NCBI GenBank assembly: GCA_966433995.1
Contig: CBJNAE010000001.1
Location: forward strand, 7,190-71,189
Length of the DNA stretch: 64,000 nucleotides
Source of the DNA: an uncultured Ideonella sp.
Lineage (GTDB): Bacteria; Pseudomonadota; Gammaproteobacteria; Burkholderiales; Burkholderiaceae_C
Reading direction: 5' to 3'
A model generated the notes under the pieces. That model did no database searches. It had not been told where the DNA came from and saw only the letters and a list, made by a program, of their open reading frames with translations. Below are positions 1 to 9,865 of the stretch, piece by piece; position 1 is the first letter of the stretch, and each line of letters starts with the position of its first letter. The position numbers and the translations under genes were made by a program.

Positions 1-359
1 CGGGATTCGTGCGGCTGATGGGACCATGGGCCCAGGGCACGATCGTGACCCAGGTGTTCCCCAGCGAGCGCACGCTGTCCAGCGCCTTCGTGAGGCAGGC
101 CGCCGCGATGAGCAAGCTCAAAGGCGGCCCCGAACTGACGCCCGCCGTCATGGAGGGCTTTGCCGCGGCCAAGGTGCTGGTGGAAGGCCTGCGCCGGGCC
201 GGCGGGAGACCCACGCGCCAGTCACTGCGGCAGGCGCTGGAGTCGATGCGCCACTTCGACCTCGGCGGGCTGGAACTGGGCTATGGCCCGGACGACCACA
301 CAGGGCTGGACCACGCCGACCTGTCCATCATCGGCCCGGACGGCCGGTTCCAGCGCTGA
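1..359 (+). CDS. ABC transporter periplasmic substrate-binding protein, branched-chain amino acid (Liv-type) family, C-terminal fragment; 5' end lies outside the window
   Basis: The frame is open to the window edge. The translation KVLVEGLRRAGGRPTRQSLRQALESMRHFDLGGLELGYGPDDHTG resembles the C-terminal lobe of type I periplasmic binding proteins. Confidence 0.55.
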   Translation, partial: GFVRLMGPWAQGTIVTQVFPSERTLSSAFVRQAAAMSKLKGGPELTPAVMEGFAAAKVLVEGLRRAGGRPTRQSLRQALESMRHFDLGGLELGYGPDDHTGLDHADLSIIGPDGRFQR

Positions 360-380
360 GGTGGCCGCCGGGCCGCAAGC

Positions 381-1619
381 TCAAGCGAAGGCGCGTCGCT
401 GCTCCGCGAGAAAAGGCCTGTCGATCTGGGCGGAGAGCGATTCGATGTCCGGGCCGCGGACGCCGGTGCGCGCGAAGTGCCCCTTCCATCCATCCACCAC
501 CGTGCAGACATCCTTCACTTGCGTCACAGCCTCGGCCTTCTTGAGGCCGAACTGCGCGCACTCCGACAGCGCGTTCTCCAGCGTCGAATCCGCGGCGCCG
601 CGCCCCACGCGCATCTGCTGGTAGCCCAGCGCATGCCCGGAAGGCAACACGTCGAAGGCCGGCGAAAGCTCGTACTCGCCGCTGTCCGCCACCAGCAAGA
701 CATGGTTCTTTTCGTGGTCGTCGGTGTTGTCGACCAGGATGTTGAAAACCATGCGGCGGAACAGCTCCCGCATCTGCGCGAGGTGGCGCCCCTGGGACGT
801 GACGCCGCGCCGGCGAAGCAACTGGGCCAGCTCGGGGTAACCCATGTCCTCGCCGGCGGCGCGCAGCGCCACATGGGCCGAGAGGGCGTGCAGGCGCTGG
901 CCGCCCGCGCGGTCGAAGCGCTGGACCGCCACCGCATGCCCCTGCCGCACCTTGACCGGCCGGGTCGCCGCCACTCGGATGCCGGCCGTCGCGGCCAGTG
1001 TCATGGCGGCGTGCTCGACGAGCGGCATGTCGATGGATTCATCCGGCTCGTTGAACTTCAGGATCCACGGCTGCCCGTCCAGTTCCAGCAGCGCCTTCGG
1101 CCGCGCTCCGCCCAGCGTCGCGCCCGGGGCGATCAGGCGGCGCTTGCGTTCTTCCACCGGTTCGCCGGCCAGCACCTGGCCGACCAGCCGTTCGATTTCC
1201 AGCGCATCGCCCAGCGTCGGCAGCGGCCCCATGCCGGGCGATTCATAACGGCCGGGCCGGGCCGAAACGCCCAAGGCGCCGAAACGCTCGTGGCCCGCGA
1301 AATAGAGGAAGTCCAGCACCGACGAGCGCGGCGGCTTGTCCAGGAACTTGATGACGCGTTCCCCCCAGCGGTCGGGCCGCGCGTCGTCGACCGCGCCGGC
1401 CGCCGTCTCCTTTTCCGCCGGGAGGAACTCGCCGGGTTGCAGCGGCAGGTCTTCGCTGAGCGGAAAGCCGGAATTGAGCCAGGCCGGCGCGTAAGCCAGC
1501 GACACGCCCTGGAGCTTGCGGGCCATCCGCAACTCGCCGATCAGCCGCGGCGCCGCGGGGTTGGCCAGCCACCAGAGGAAAAGCAGGTCGCCCGGCTGGT
1601 AGACCGGTGCCTGACTCAT
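381..1619 (-). CDS. hipA: HipA-family type II toxin serine/threonine kinase
   Basis: 412-aa ORF with an N-terminal HipA coupling region, LGGARPKALLE, and the catalytic-loop-like VDNTDDHEKNH. Its start overlaps the upstream antitoxin stop by 4 nt (ATGA at 1616-1619). Confidence 0.9.
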   Translation of the reverse strand: MSQAPVYQPGDLLFLWWLANPAAPRLIGELRMARKLQGVSLAYAPAWLNSGFPLSEDLPLQPGEFLPAEKETAAGAVDDARPDRWGERVIKFLDKPPRSSVLDFLYFAGHERFGALGVSARPGRYESPGMGPLPTLGDALEIERLVGQVLAGEPVEERKRRLIAPGATLGGARPKALLELDGQPWILKFNEPDESIDMPLVEHAAMTLAATAGIRVAATRPVKVRQGHAVAVQRFDRAGGQRLHALSAHVALRAAGEDMGYPELAQLLRRRGVTSQGRHLAQMRELFRRMVFNILVDNTDDHEKNHVLLVADSGEYELSPAFDVLPSGHALGYQQMRVGRGAADSTLENALSECAQFGLKKAEAVTQVKDVCTVVDGWKGHFARTGVRGPDIESLSAQIDRPFLAEQRRAFA

Positions 1620-1996
1620 GGCTCCCCCTCAGCCTGACCGTCCGCAGGTCCGCCCTCGCCGCGATAGATCGAGACACGCTTGCGGACCGAGCGGGCCTGG
1701 GCCACGCGCACATCCGCTTCCAGCGCCCCCAAGTCGTGTTCGGGGGCCGCGAGTTCGGCCATGGCCTGTGAGCGGCCGATCAGCCACAGGGCCGTCGCGT
1801 AGACGCCCATGGAGACGCTGGGGTCGCCCTTTTCCATCCGCATCAGCGTCGGCTCGGAGACGCCGATGCGCTGGGCCCAGGATTTCAACGGTTCTCGCCG
1901 GCGCTTGCGGGCGATCGCCAGGTTCTCGCCCAGCGTGCGCAGCTTGGCGAGCACGGCGGCAGGCATGGAATCCAAGGCGTTGGAGCGCTTCGACAT
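1616..1996 (-). CDS. hipB: HipB-like XRE-family helix-turn-helix antitoxin
   Basis: Internal ATG at 1996 gives MSKRSNALDS. The HTH segment is LKSWAQRIGVSEPTLMRMEKGDPSVSMGVYATALWLIG. It is translationally coupled to hipA. Confidence 0.8.
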   Translation of the reverse strand: MSKRSNALDSMPAAVLAKLRTLGENLAIARKRRREPLKSWAQRIGVSEPTLMRMEKGDPSVSMGVYATALWLIGRSQAMAELAAPEHDLGALEADVRVAQARSVRKRVSIYRGEGGPADGQAEGEP

Positions 1997-2050
1997 GACA
2001 TATATGTTAGTGCAAATCGCAATTTGCCTACAAATATGTTGATTATTTCG
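1997..2050 (-). promoter_or_regulatory. AT-rich putative hipBA promoter/operator region
   Basis: A locally AT-rich stretch in a GC-rich genome, directly upstream of hipB. It holds the inverted repeat GCAAAT-CGCA-ATTTGC (2012-2027) flanked by similar ACATATATGTTAG / ACAAATATGTTGA boxes. Confidence 0.35.
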
Positions 2051-2096
2051 CTTGGCCTTGCACCGTTCCTGCCCGAATATCAATGGGCAGGCTGGC

Positions 2097-2945
2097 TCAA
2101 ACCAACCCGAGCCGCCCGCCGATCTCCAGCACCGCGCGGCTCTGGTTCATCGTGTAGAAGTGCAGGCCCGGCACGCCCGCGGCGCGCAGCTTCTCGCACA
2201 GCTCGGTGATCACGTCCAGGCCGAAGGCCTGGATGGACGCGGTGTCGTCGCCGAAGCCCTGCAGGCGCAGGCGCATCCAGCGGGGGATCTCGGCGCCGCA
2301 GGCGTCGGCGAAGCGGATGATGCCGCTGGCGTTGGTGATCGGCATGATCCCCGGCACCACCGGCACGCGCGCGCCCTGCCGGTGCGCTTCTTCGACGAAA
2401 CGGAAATACGCGTCGGTGTTGAAGAACATCTGCGTGATCGCCGAGCTGGCGCCCGCCTGCACCTTGGTGAGGTAGGCCTGCAGGTCCGCCTGCGGGCTTC
2501 GGGCCTGGGGGTGCATCTCCGGGTAGGCGGCCACTTCGATGTGGAAGTGCGAGCCGGTCTCGGCGCGGATGAAGGCCACCAGGTCGCTGGCGTAGCGGAA
2601 CTCGCCCAGGGTGGGCGAGCCGTAACCGCTGGGCAGGTCGCCGCGCAGCGCCACGATGCGGCTGATGCCGTGGGCGCGGAACAGCTGCAGCTGCGTGCGG
2701 ATCGAGTCGCGGCTGGCGCCGATGCAGCTGAAGTGCGGCGCCGCTTCGACGCCTTCGCCCAGGATGGCCTGCACCGTCTGGAGGGTGCCGTCCTGGGTGC
2801 TGCCGCCGGCGCCGTAGGTCACCGAGCAGAACTGCGGCTTGAGCGCGTAGAGCTGCTGGCGCGCGGCGGCGAGCTTGGCGGCGCCCTCCGGGGTCTTGGG
2901 CGGGAAGAATTCCAGGCTGATGGGGGGTGCTGGGTTCGTGCTCAT
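2097..2945 (-). CDS. metF: 5,10-methylenetetrahydrofolate reductase
   Basis: MSTNPAPPISLEFFPPKTPEG...FCSVTYGAGGST...ITQMFFN...LHFYTMN are typical MetF motifs. The start is taken at the internal ATG at 2945. Confidence 0.92.
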   Translation of the reverse strand: MSTNPAPPISLEFFPPKTPEGAAKLAAARQQLYALKPQFCSVTYGAGGSTQDGTLQTVQAILGEGVEAAPHFSCIGASRDSIRTQLQLFRAHGISRIVALRGDLPSGYGSPTLGEFRYASDLVAFIRAETGSHFHIEVAAYPEMHPQARSPQADLQAYLTKVQAGASSAITQMFFNTDAYFRFVEEAHRQGARVPVVPGIMPITNASGIIRFADACGAEIPRWMRLRLQGFGDDTASIQAFGLDVITELCEKLRAAGVPGLHFYTMNQSRAVLEIGGRLGLV

Positions 2946-2985
2946 GGTGTGTGTCGGTTGGTTTTCTCGCCGCGTGCAAGCGCGG

Positions 2986-3741
2986 TCAATCACGCCCGGT
3001 GTGTAGGAAGAACTCGCGGTTGCCGTCGCCGCCTTCGATCGGGCTGTCGAAGTAGCCTTGCACCGGCAGCGCCAGCGCTGCGCAGGCCTCGCGGATGCGC
3101 TGCTCCACGCGCGGGTAGGCCGCGGCGTCTTTCACCAGGCCGCCTTTGCCGATGTCCGCCGGCTGCAGCTCGAACTGCGGCTTGACGAGCAGCAGCGCCT
3201 GGCCCCTCGGCGCGAGGTAGCGGGCGATGGTCGGCAGCACCAGCGTCAGCGAAATGAAGGACAGGTCGGCGACGACCAGGTCGAAGGAGGCGGTCGGCTC
3301 CTGCAGTTCGAAGTCGGAACCGGACACGTCGCGGGCGTTGACGCCCTCGTGGCTGACGACACGCGGGTCGCCCGCCAGTGCGGGGCTGAGCTGGCCGCGG
3401 CCGACGTCCAGGCCGACCACGCGCCGCGCGCCCTGCCGCAGCAGCACGTCGGTGAAGCCGCCGGTGCTTTGGCCGACGTCGAGGCAGTTCAGGCCCGAAG
3501 CGCTCAGGCCGCAGCGCCGCAGCGCGCCCTCCAGCTTCAGGCCGCCGCGCGAGACGAAGCGCAGCTCGGCGCCGTCGGTGACTTCGAGCCGGCAGCCTTC
3601 CGGCAGGTCTTCACCCGACTTCTTCGGCACGCGCCAGCCTTGCGGGCCGAGCCAGCGCACGGCGCCGGCGTCGATCAGCCGCTGTGCGGCGGACCGGGTC
3701 GGGGCCAGGCCTTGCTGGACGAGGAGTTGGTCGGCGCGCAT
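2986..3741 (-). CDS. tlyA: TlyA-family rRNA (cytidine-2'-O)-methyltransferase (S4-like N-terminus plus FtsJ-like methyltransferase domain)
   Basis: MRADQLLVQQGLAPTRSAAQRLIDAGAVR (S4 domain) followed by the SAM-binding motif LDVGQSTGGFTDVLLQRGARRV. Confidence 0.85.
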   Translation of the reverse strand: MRADQLLVQQGLAPTRSAAQRLIDAGAVRWLGPQGWRVPKKSGEDLPEGCRLEVTDGAELRFVSRGGLKLEGALRRCGLSASGLNCLDVGQSTGGFTDVLLRQGARRVVGLDVGRGQLSPALAGDPRVVSHEGVNARDVSGSDFELQEPTASFDLVVADLSFISLTLVLPTIARYLAPRGQALLLVKPQFELQPADIGKGGLVKDAAAYPRVEQRIREACAALALPVQGYFDSPIEGGDGNREFFLHTGRD

Positions 3742-3800
3742 GGGGTGGGTGTTCGGGCAGCTGTTGATTTGTTCGACGAATTGGAGTGGTCCGCCTTCGC

Positions 3801-3935
3801 CCCCTCACCCCCGCCCTCTCCCCCGTGCCGGGGGCGAGGGAGTTCAACCGGCAGTCCGCACTCCGATCGCGGAAGCGGCATTGAACGGCTCCCTCTCCCG
3901 CGGGGCGGGAGAGGGTTGGGGTGAGGGTGGGAGGG
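3801..3935. repeat. REP-like GC-rich palindromic intergenic element (CACCCCAACCCTCTCCC / GGGAGAGGGTTGGGGTGAGGG type)
   Basis: Nested inverted repeats between ahcY and tlyA: CCTCACCCCCGCCCTCTCCC pairs with GGGAGAGGGTTGGGGTGAGG, and there are internal small hairpins. The same family occurs at 52151-52232. Confidence 0.6.
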
Positions 3936-3953
3936 CTCGGCCGCGCCGACCGC

Positions 3954-5381
<1,428 letters not shown>

Positions 5382-5487
5382 ATCAGGCTCCTATCGAAGA
5401 TTCGACATTGAAAGGAACCCGCACGGGCCGTGTCGCCGAAGGGTGGATCAAGGGGCTGAAACAACTCACCCACGGGACCAGTCGTGC

Positions 5488-5558
5488 GGGTGAGCGCGGT
5501 TGCAATGTGGATTTCCGAGCCTGGGACACGGGACGTGCCTTGCAACGCTCCTCGGAAA
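5488..5558 (-). promoter_or_regulatory. SAH riboswitch (S-adenosylhomocysteine-responsive cis-regulatory RNA) in the ahcY leader
   Basis: Minus-strand RNA reads CCGAGGAGCGUUGCAAGGCACGUCCCGUGUCCCAGGCUCGGAAAUCCACAUUGCAACCGCGCUCACC. It has P1 CCGAG/CUCGG, a hairpin GGCACG/CGUGUC, and long-range pairing GAGCGUUGCA/UGCAACCGCGCUC. This matches the published SAH riboswitch consensus (GAGGAGCG...AGGCUCGG...CAACGGCGCUCAC). It sits about 105 nt upstream of the ahcY ATG. Confidence 0.85.
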
Positions 5559-5722
5559 GAAGCGGCATTCTAGGGCCTGAGCGGCGGAAAAGGAAAGCGA
5601 TGCGGGCGCCCGGCCGGCAGCGGGCGCTCCTGGGCGCGCGTCATCGCCGATGTCCGGCCAAAATGCACGGATGGCAATACCGGCCCCGGGCGCCGGCCTA
5701 TCGCCCCCACCCAGGACACACC

Positions 5723-6529
5723 GTGACACCGCCCCGCCCCCCACCCTGGTCGACTTGCCCGTCGTGGGCGCTGCGCGCGGTGGCAGGCGTGCTCACCGAC
5801 ATCGACGACACCCTCACCACCGGCGGCGCGATCACGCCGGACGCGCTGGCCGCCCTCCAGGCGCTGCGCGCGGCCGGCCTGCCCGTCATGGCCATCACCG
5901 GCCGGCCGATGGGCTGGAGCCTGCCCTTCGCGCGCGATTGGCCCCTGGACGCCATCGTGGCCGAGAACGGCGCGGTGGCGCTGTTCAGAGGGGCCCAAGG
6001 CGAAGTGGTCGTGGAATACGCGCAGGACGAAGCCACCCGCGCCGCCAACGCCGGCCGCCTGCGCGCCGCGGCGGCGCGCGTGCTGCGGGAAGTGCCGGGC
6101 AGCGTGCTGGCGCGGGACAGCCCGGGCCGCGTCACCGACATCGCCATCGACCACGGCGAATTCGCCCGCCTGTCGCCCAGGCAGGTCGACCGGGTGCTCG
6201 CCGTGCTGCGCGGCGAGGGCCTGACGGCCACCGTCAGCTCCATCCACGTCAATGCCTGGCTGGGGGCGCACGACAAGCTCAGCGGCGCGCGCTGGATCGT
6301 GCGCCGCCTGCTCGGGCGCGACCTCGACCCCGAGCGCGGCCGCTGGGTGTTCGTCGGTGACTCGACCAACGACCAGCTGCTGTTCGGCCACTTCCCGCTG
6401 AGCGTGGGTGTGGCCAACCTGCTGCGTTTCGAGGCGCAGTTGCGGGTGTGGCCGCGCTACATCGCCCGCGCCGAGCGCGGCGCGGGCTTCGCCGAAGTGG
6501 CGGCCGCCATCCTGGAGGCGCGCGGATGA
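5723..6529 (+). CDS. HAD-superfamily (IIB-like) hydrolase/phosphatase
   Basis: Motif I VLTDIDDTLT, then MAITGRP and a C-terminal FVGDSTNDQ motif. The start is uncertain: GTG 5723 was chosen, and ATG 5663 is also in frame. The stop overlaps the next gene's start (ATGA at 6526-6529). Confidence 0.7.
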   Translation: MTPPRPPPWSTCPSWALRAVAGVLTDIDDTLTTGGAITPDALAALQALRAAGLPVMAITGRPMGWSLPFARDWPLDAIVAENGAVALFRGAQGEVVVEYAQDEATRAANAGRLRAAAARVLREVPGSVLARDSPGRVTDIAIDHGEFARLSPRQVDRVLAVLRGEGLTATVSSIHVNAWLGAHDKLSGARWIVRRLLGRDLDPERGRWVFVGDSTNDQLLFGHFPLSVGVANLLRFEAQLRVWPRYIARAERGAGFAEVAAAILEARG

Positions 6530-7875
6530 GCGCCGCGCCGCCCCCTGCGGCCCAGGGCACCGGCTCGGCCGCCGGCGAACAGCGCCTCTTCCTGCGGCTG
6601 GCGCTGGGATTGGCGCTGACTTCGGCGGTGTCGCTCGGCCTGGCGCGTTTTTCCTACGCTTTGATCCTGCCGCCGATGCGCGCCGACCTGGGTTGGAGCT
6701 ATTTCCTTTCCGGCGCGATGAACACCGTCAACGCCGCCGGCTACCTGGCCGGCGCGCTGATGTGCCGCGGCTGGCTGGCGCGTTTCGAGGCCCGGCGCTT
6801 GTTGGCCGTGGGCAGCTCGGCGGCCGTGCTGGCGTTGCTGGCGCATGGGATGTGGGTGCCCGATGAGGCCACGGCTCCCATCGACGCCACGCGATCGGGG
6901 CTTGCGCACGGCGCCTGGCTCGCGCTGGTGCGCTTCGCGGGCGGCGTCGCCAGCGCCGCGATGTTCGTGGCCGGCGGCGTGCTTGCGGCCCGGCTGGCCA
7001 GCCTGTCGGGCGATGCGGGGGGACGCCCGCGTTCCGGCCTGGTCCTGGGCATCTATTACGGTGGTACCGGCCTGGGCATTGTGTTGTCGGCGTTGCTGGT
7101 GCCCTGGATCAGCGCCTGGCCGACAGCCCATGCCTGGCGCTGGGCCTGGGTCGGCCTGGGCCTGGCCGCCGCGCTGGCGCTGGCGCTGGCGGGCACGGCC
7201 AGGCTGTTCCGCGCCGAGGCCGCCGACAGCGGGTTTCCGACGGCGGCGCCCGTCACCCGCGGCGCAAACCCAGCGGCGGCCGCGCCATCGGCCGGCCACT
7301 TCCCCTGGCGCCGCTTCGCCCCCAGCCTGGCCGGCTATTTCTGCTTCGGCCTGGGCTACATCGGCTACATGACCTTCGTCATCACGCTGCTGCGCGAACA
7401 GCGGCTTTCGGCCGGCCTGGCCACGGTTTTCTTCGCCGTGCTGGGCACGGGTGTGATGGCCTCGAGCTGGCTCTGGGCCGGCTTGCTGCAGCGCCACCGC
7501 GGCGGCCGCCCGATGGCCCAGCTCAACGGCCTGCTCGCCGTGGCCACCGCGCTGCCGGTGCTGAGCGGGCATCCCGCGGCGGTGCTGGCGTCCGGCCTGC
7601 TGTTCGGCTGCGTCTTCCTGTCGGTGGTCGCCTCCACCACGGCCCTGGTTCGCCACAACCTGCCGGAAAGCCTCTGGACACCCGGCATCGCCGCCTACAC
7701 CGTTGTCTTCGCGGTCGGCCAGATCCTGGGGCCGGCCCTGGTGGGCTGGGTGGCCGACGGGCCGGGGGGGCTGCTGCGCGGGTTCACGGTCAGCAGCGCG
7801 GTGCTGGCGCTGGGGGCCGGGCTGGCGTGGCGGCAGGAGGCGCTACCCAGTTTGAGGCCCCAGGCGGGGCCCTGA
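6526..7875 (+). CDS. MFS transporter (YbfB/YjiJ-like)
   Basis: About 12 hydrophobic segments. The N-terminal LALGLALTSAVSLGLARFSYALILPPMRADLGWSY is typical of the YbfB/YjiJ MFS subfamily. It is translationally coupled to the HAD gene. Confidence 0.75.
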   Translation: MSAAPPPAAQGTGSAAGEQRLFLRLALGLALTSAVSLGLARFSYALILPPMRADLGWSYFLSGAMNTVNAAGYLAGALMCRGWLARFEARRLLAVGSSAAVLALLAHGMWVPDEATAPIDATRSGLAHGAWLALVRFAGGVASAAMFVAGGVLAARLASLSGDAGGRPRSGLVLGIYYGGTGLGIVLSALLVPWISAWPTAHAWRWAWVGLGLAAALALALAGTARLFRAEAADSGFPTAAPVTRGANPAAAAPSAGHFPWRRFAPSLAGYFCFGLGYIGYMTFVITLLREQRLSAGLATVFFAVLGTGVMASSWLWAGLLQRHRGGRPMAQLNGLLAVATALPVLSGHPAAVLASGLLFGCVFLSVVASTTALVRHNLPESLWTPGIAAYTVVFAVGQILGPALVGWVADGPGGLLRGFTVSSAVLALGAGLAWRQEALPSLRPQAGP

Positions 7876-7951
7876 GTGGGTCGACCCTCGGGGAGTCACG
7901 CGAAGGCTTCGGCAGGCTCAGCCCGGACAGTGGTGACGGCGCCCCTCTTTC

Positions 7952-8049
7952 CCGTTCGCCCTGAGCCCGTCGAAGGGCCCAAGGTCACTTCAATTTGTCG
8001 AAGCTCCCGAGACTCGCAGAAAGGGCTTCGACAGGCTCAGCCCGAACGG
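7952..8049. repeat. REP-like hairpin unit, copy 1 (CCGTTCGCCCTGAGCCCGTCGAAGGGCCC ... GGGCTTCGACAGGCTCAGCCCGAACGG)
   Basis: An imperfect long inverted repeat of about 98 nt. A near-identical direct copy lies at 8213-8304, and a half-copy (right arm) at about 7903-7930. Confidence 0.7.
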
Positions 8050-8205
8050 AGGGGAGGCTCAGCCCGAACGGAGGGGAGGCTCAACCCGAACGGAGGGGAG
8101 GCTCAACCCGAACGGAGGGGAAGCTCAACCCGAACGGAGGGGAAGCTCAACCCGAACGGAGGGAAGCTCGGTCCGAACAGAGGGAAGCTCAGTCCGAACA
8201 GAATC
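8030..8205. repeat. Tandem repeat array, 8 units (6 x 22 nt, then 2 x 21 nt), consensus GGCTCARCCCGAACGGAGGGGA
   Basis: CCCGAACGG recurs at 8041, 8063, 8085, 8107, 8129 and 8151. Degenerate TCCGAACAG follows at 8172 and 8193. The unit equals the right arm of the flanking REP hairpin. Confidence 0.85.
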
Positions 8206-8212
8206 CATTTCT

Positions 8213-8304
8213 CCGTTCGCCCTGAGCCTGTCGAAGGGCCCTTGCCACTTCAGTTTGTCGAAGCTCCGGAGGCTCGCAGAAAGGGCTTCGACAGGCCCGA
8301 ACGG
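8213..8304. repeat. REP-like hairpin unit, copy 2
   Basis: A direct repeat of 7952-8049 with a few substitutions: CCGTTCGCCCTGAGCCTGTCGAAGGGCCC...GGGCTTCGACAGGCCCGAACGG. Confidence 0.7.
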
Positions 8305-8345
8305 TGGAAAGCAAGGCGGCCGAACCGCCTCGCGGTTGCCGGGCT

Positions 8346-8392
8346 TTACAGCCCAGCCGCTGCACGCAGCGCGGCCGCCTTGTCCGTCCGTT
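8346..8392 (-). pseudogene. Relic fragment resembling the last ~12 codons plus stop of metK
   Basis: The minus strand reads GAC AAG GCG GCC GCG CTG CGT GCA GCG GCT GGG CTG TAA, which is DKAAALRAAAGL*. The genuine metK end is [12 protein letters not shown] at 8485. By hand alignment the two are about 70 percent identical at the DNA level. Confidence 0.4.
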
Positions 8393-8459
8393 GGTTTCGG
8401 CCGGGCCTGCGGCCCTTCACATCGGGAATACCGATGTGAGCCTCACCCGCGCACGGATA

Positions 8460-8479
8460 CCGCGCGCGCTGCCGCGCGG
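8460..8479 (-). terminator. GC-rich hairpin just downstream of the metK stop (possible terminator; no clear U-tract)
   Basis: Minus strand CCGCGCG-GCAG-CGCGCGG, immediately after the TAA of metK. A second 8-bp hairpin, CACATCGG/CCGATGTG, lies at 8418-8438. Confidence 0.35.
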
Positions 8480-8484
8480 CGGGC

Positions 8485-9663
8485 TTACAGCCCGGCTGCG
8501 GCCTTCAAGGCCGCCGCTTTATCCGTGCGCTCCCAGCTGAACTCCGGCTCGTCGCGGCCGAAGTGGCCGTAAGCCGCGGTCTTCTCATAGATGGGGCGCA
8601 GCAGGTCGAGCATCTGGATGATGCCCTTGGGGCGCAGGTCGAAGTACTCGTTCACCAGCTCGGCGATCTTGTGGTCGGGGATGACGCCGGTGCCTTCGGT
8701 GTAGACGGTCACGTTCATGGGCCTGGCCACGCCGATGGCGTAGGCGACCTGGATCTGGCACTGGCGTGCCAGGCCGGCGGCCACGATGTTCTTGGCGACG
8801 TAACGGGCGGCGTAGGCGGCCGAGCGGTCGACCTTCGTCGGGTCCTTGCCGCTGAAGGCGCCGCCGCCGTGCGGGCAGGCGCCGCCGTAGGTGTCGACGA
8901 TGATCTTGCGGCCGGTCAGGCCGCAGTCGCCCTGCGGGCCGCCGATGACGAAGCGGCCGGTCGGGTTGATCAGGTACTTCGTGTCCTTCAGCCACTCCTT
9001 GGGCAGCACCGGCTTGATGATCTCCTCGACCACCGCTTCGGTGAAGGCCGGCAGCATCTTCTTGCCGTCGCTCATCTCGGGGGAGTGCTGGCTGGACAGC
9101 ACCACGGTGTCGATGCTGTGCGGCTTGCCGTCGACGTAGCGCATCGTCACCTGGCTCTTGGCGTCGGGGCGCAGGAAGGGCAGGCGGCCGTCCTTGCGCA
9201 GTTGGGCCTGGCGCTCCACCAGCCGGTGGGCGTAGTAGATCGGCGCGGGCATCAGCTCGGGCGTCTCGTCGCAGGCGTAGCCGAACATCAGGCCCTGGTC
9301 GCCGGCGCCGGTGTTGAGGTGGTCGTCGCTGGCGTGGTCGACGCCCTGGGCGATGTCGTTGCTCTGCTTGTCGTAGGCCACGAGCACGGCGCAGCCCTTG
9401 TAGTCGATGCCGTAGTCGGTGTTGTCGTAGCCGATGCGCTTGATGGTGTCGCGCGCCACCTGGATGTAGTCGACGTGGGCGTTGGTCGTGATCTCGCCGG
9501 CCAACACCACCAGGCCGGTGTTGCACAGCGTCTCGGCGGCGACGCGGGAGCGCGGGTCTTGCTTGAAAATCGCGTCCAGAATCGCGTCGGAGACTTGGTC
9601 GGCCACCTTGTCGGGGTGGCCTTCCGAGACGGATTCAGAAGTAAAGAGGAAATCGTTCGACAC
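8485..9663 (-). CDS. metK: S-adenosylmethionine synthetase (methionine adenosyltransferase)
   Basis: (V)[30 protein letters not shown]...[12 protein letters not shown]...[19 protein letters not shown]. The GTG start at 9663 was chosen to match the canonical MetK N-terminus. Confidence 0.97.
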   Translation of the reverse strand: MSNDFLFTSESVSEGHPDKVADQVSDAILDAIFKQDPRSRVAAETLCNTGLVVLAGEITTNAHVDYIQVARDTIKRIGYDNTDYGIDYKGCAVLVAYDKQSNDIAQGVDHASDDHLNTGAGDQGLMFGYACDETPELMPAPIYYAHRLVERQAQLRKDGRLPFLRPDAKSQVTMRYVDGKPHSIDTVVLSSQHSPEMSDGKKMLPAFTEAVVEEIIKPVLPKEWLKDTKYLINPTGRFVIGGPQGDCGLTGRKIIVDTYGGACPHGGGAFSGKDPTKVDRSAAYAARYVAKNIVAAGLARQCQIQVAYAIGVARPMNVTVYTEGTGVIPDHKIAELVNEYFDLRPKGIIQMLDLLRPIYEKTAAYGHFGRDEPEFSWERTDKAAALKAAAGL

Positions 9664-9865
9664 GCTGCTTCTCCAGAGATGAATGAATGGCTGACATTGC
9701 AAGTTGCGTTGCCTGCTGTCTTCACTGTGGGAGGAGGAGCGGCGAACGCTTTAGCAGGATTTGTTGAACAGCTTTGACACCGCCCGGCCGCCACCGGTCG
9801 CCCGGCTTGTCGGCATCGCCCCGCAAGTAGTTCCATAACTCGGCGACCGGCGGATTATAGGAAGC

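Noticed and set aside
8030-8205. Regularly spaced short repeats that could superficially suggest a CRISPR array
   Set aside because: The units are directly adjacent with a 22/21-nt period and no unique spacers. There are no cas genes in the window. The unit equals one arm of the neighbouring REP hairpin. It is therefore a tandem repeat, not CRISPR.
7876-8572. Track ORFs of 76-187 aa spanning the repeat region (7876-8439, 7995-8225, 8255-8572)
   Set aside because: They are built from REP and tandem-repeat sequence, giving repetitive peptides such as RTEGRLNPNGGEAQPERR. The repeat period is not divisible by 3. The region lies between two convergently ending genes.
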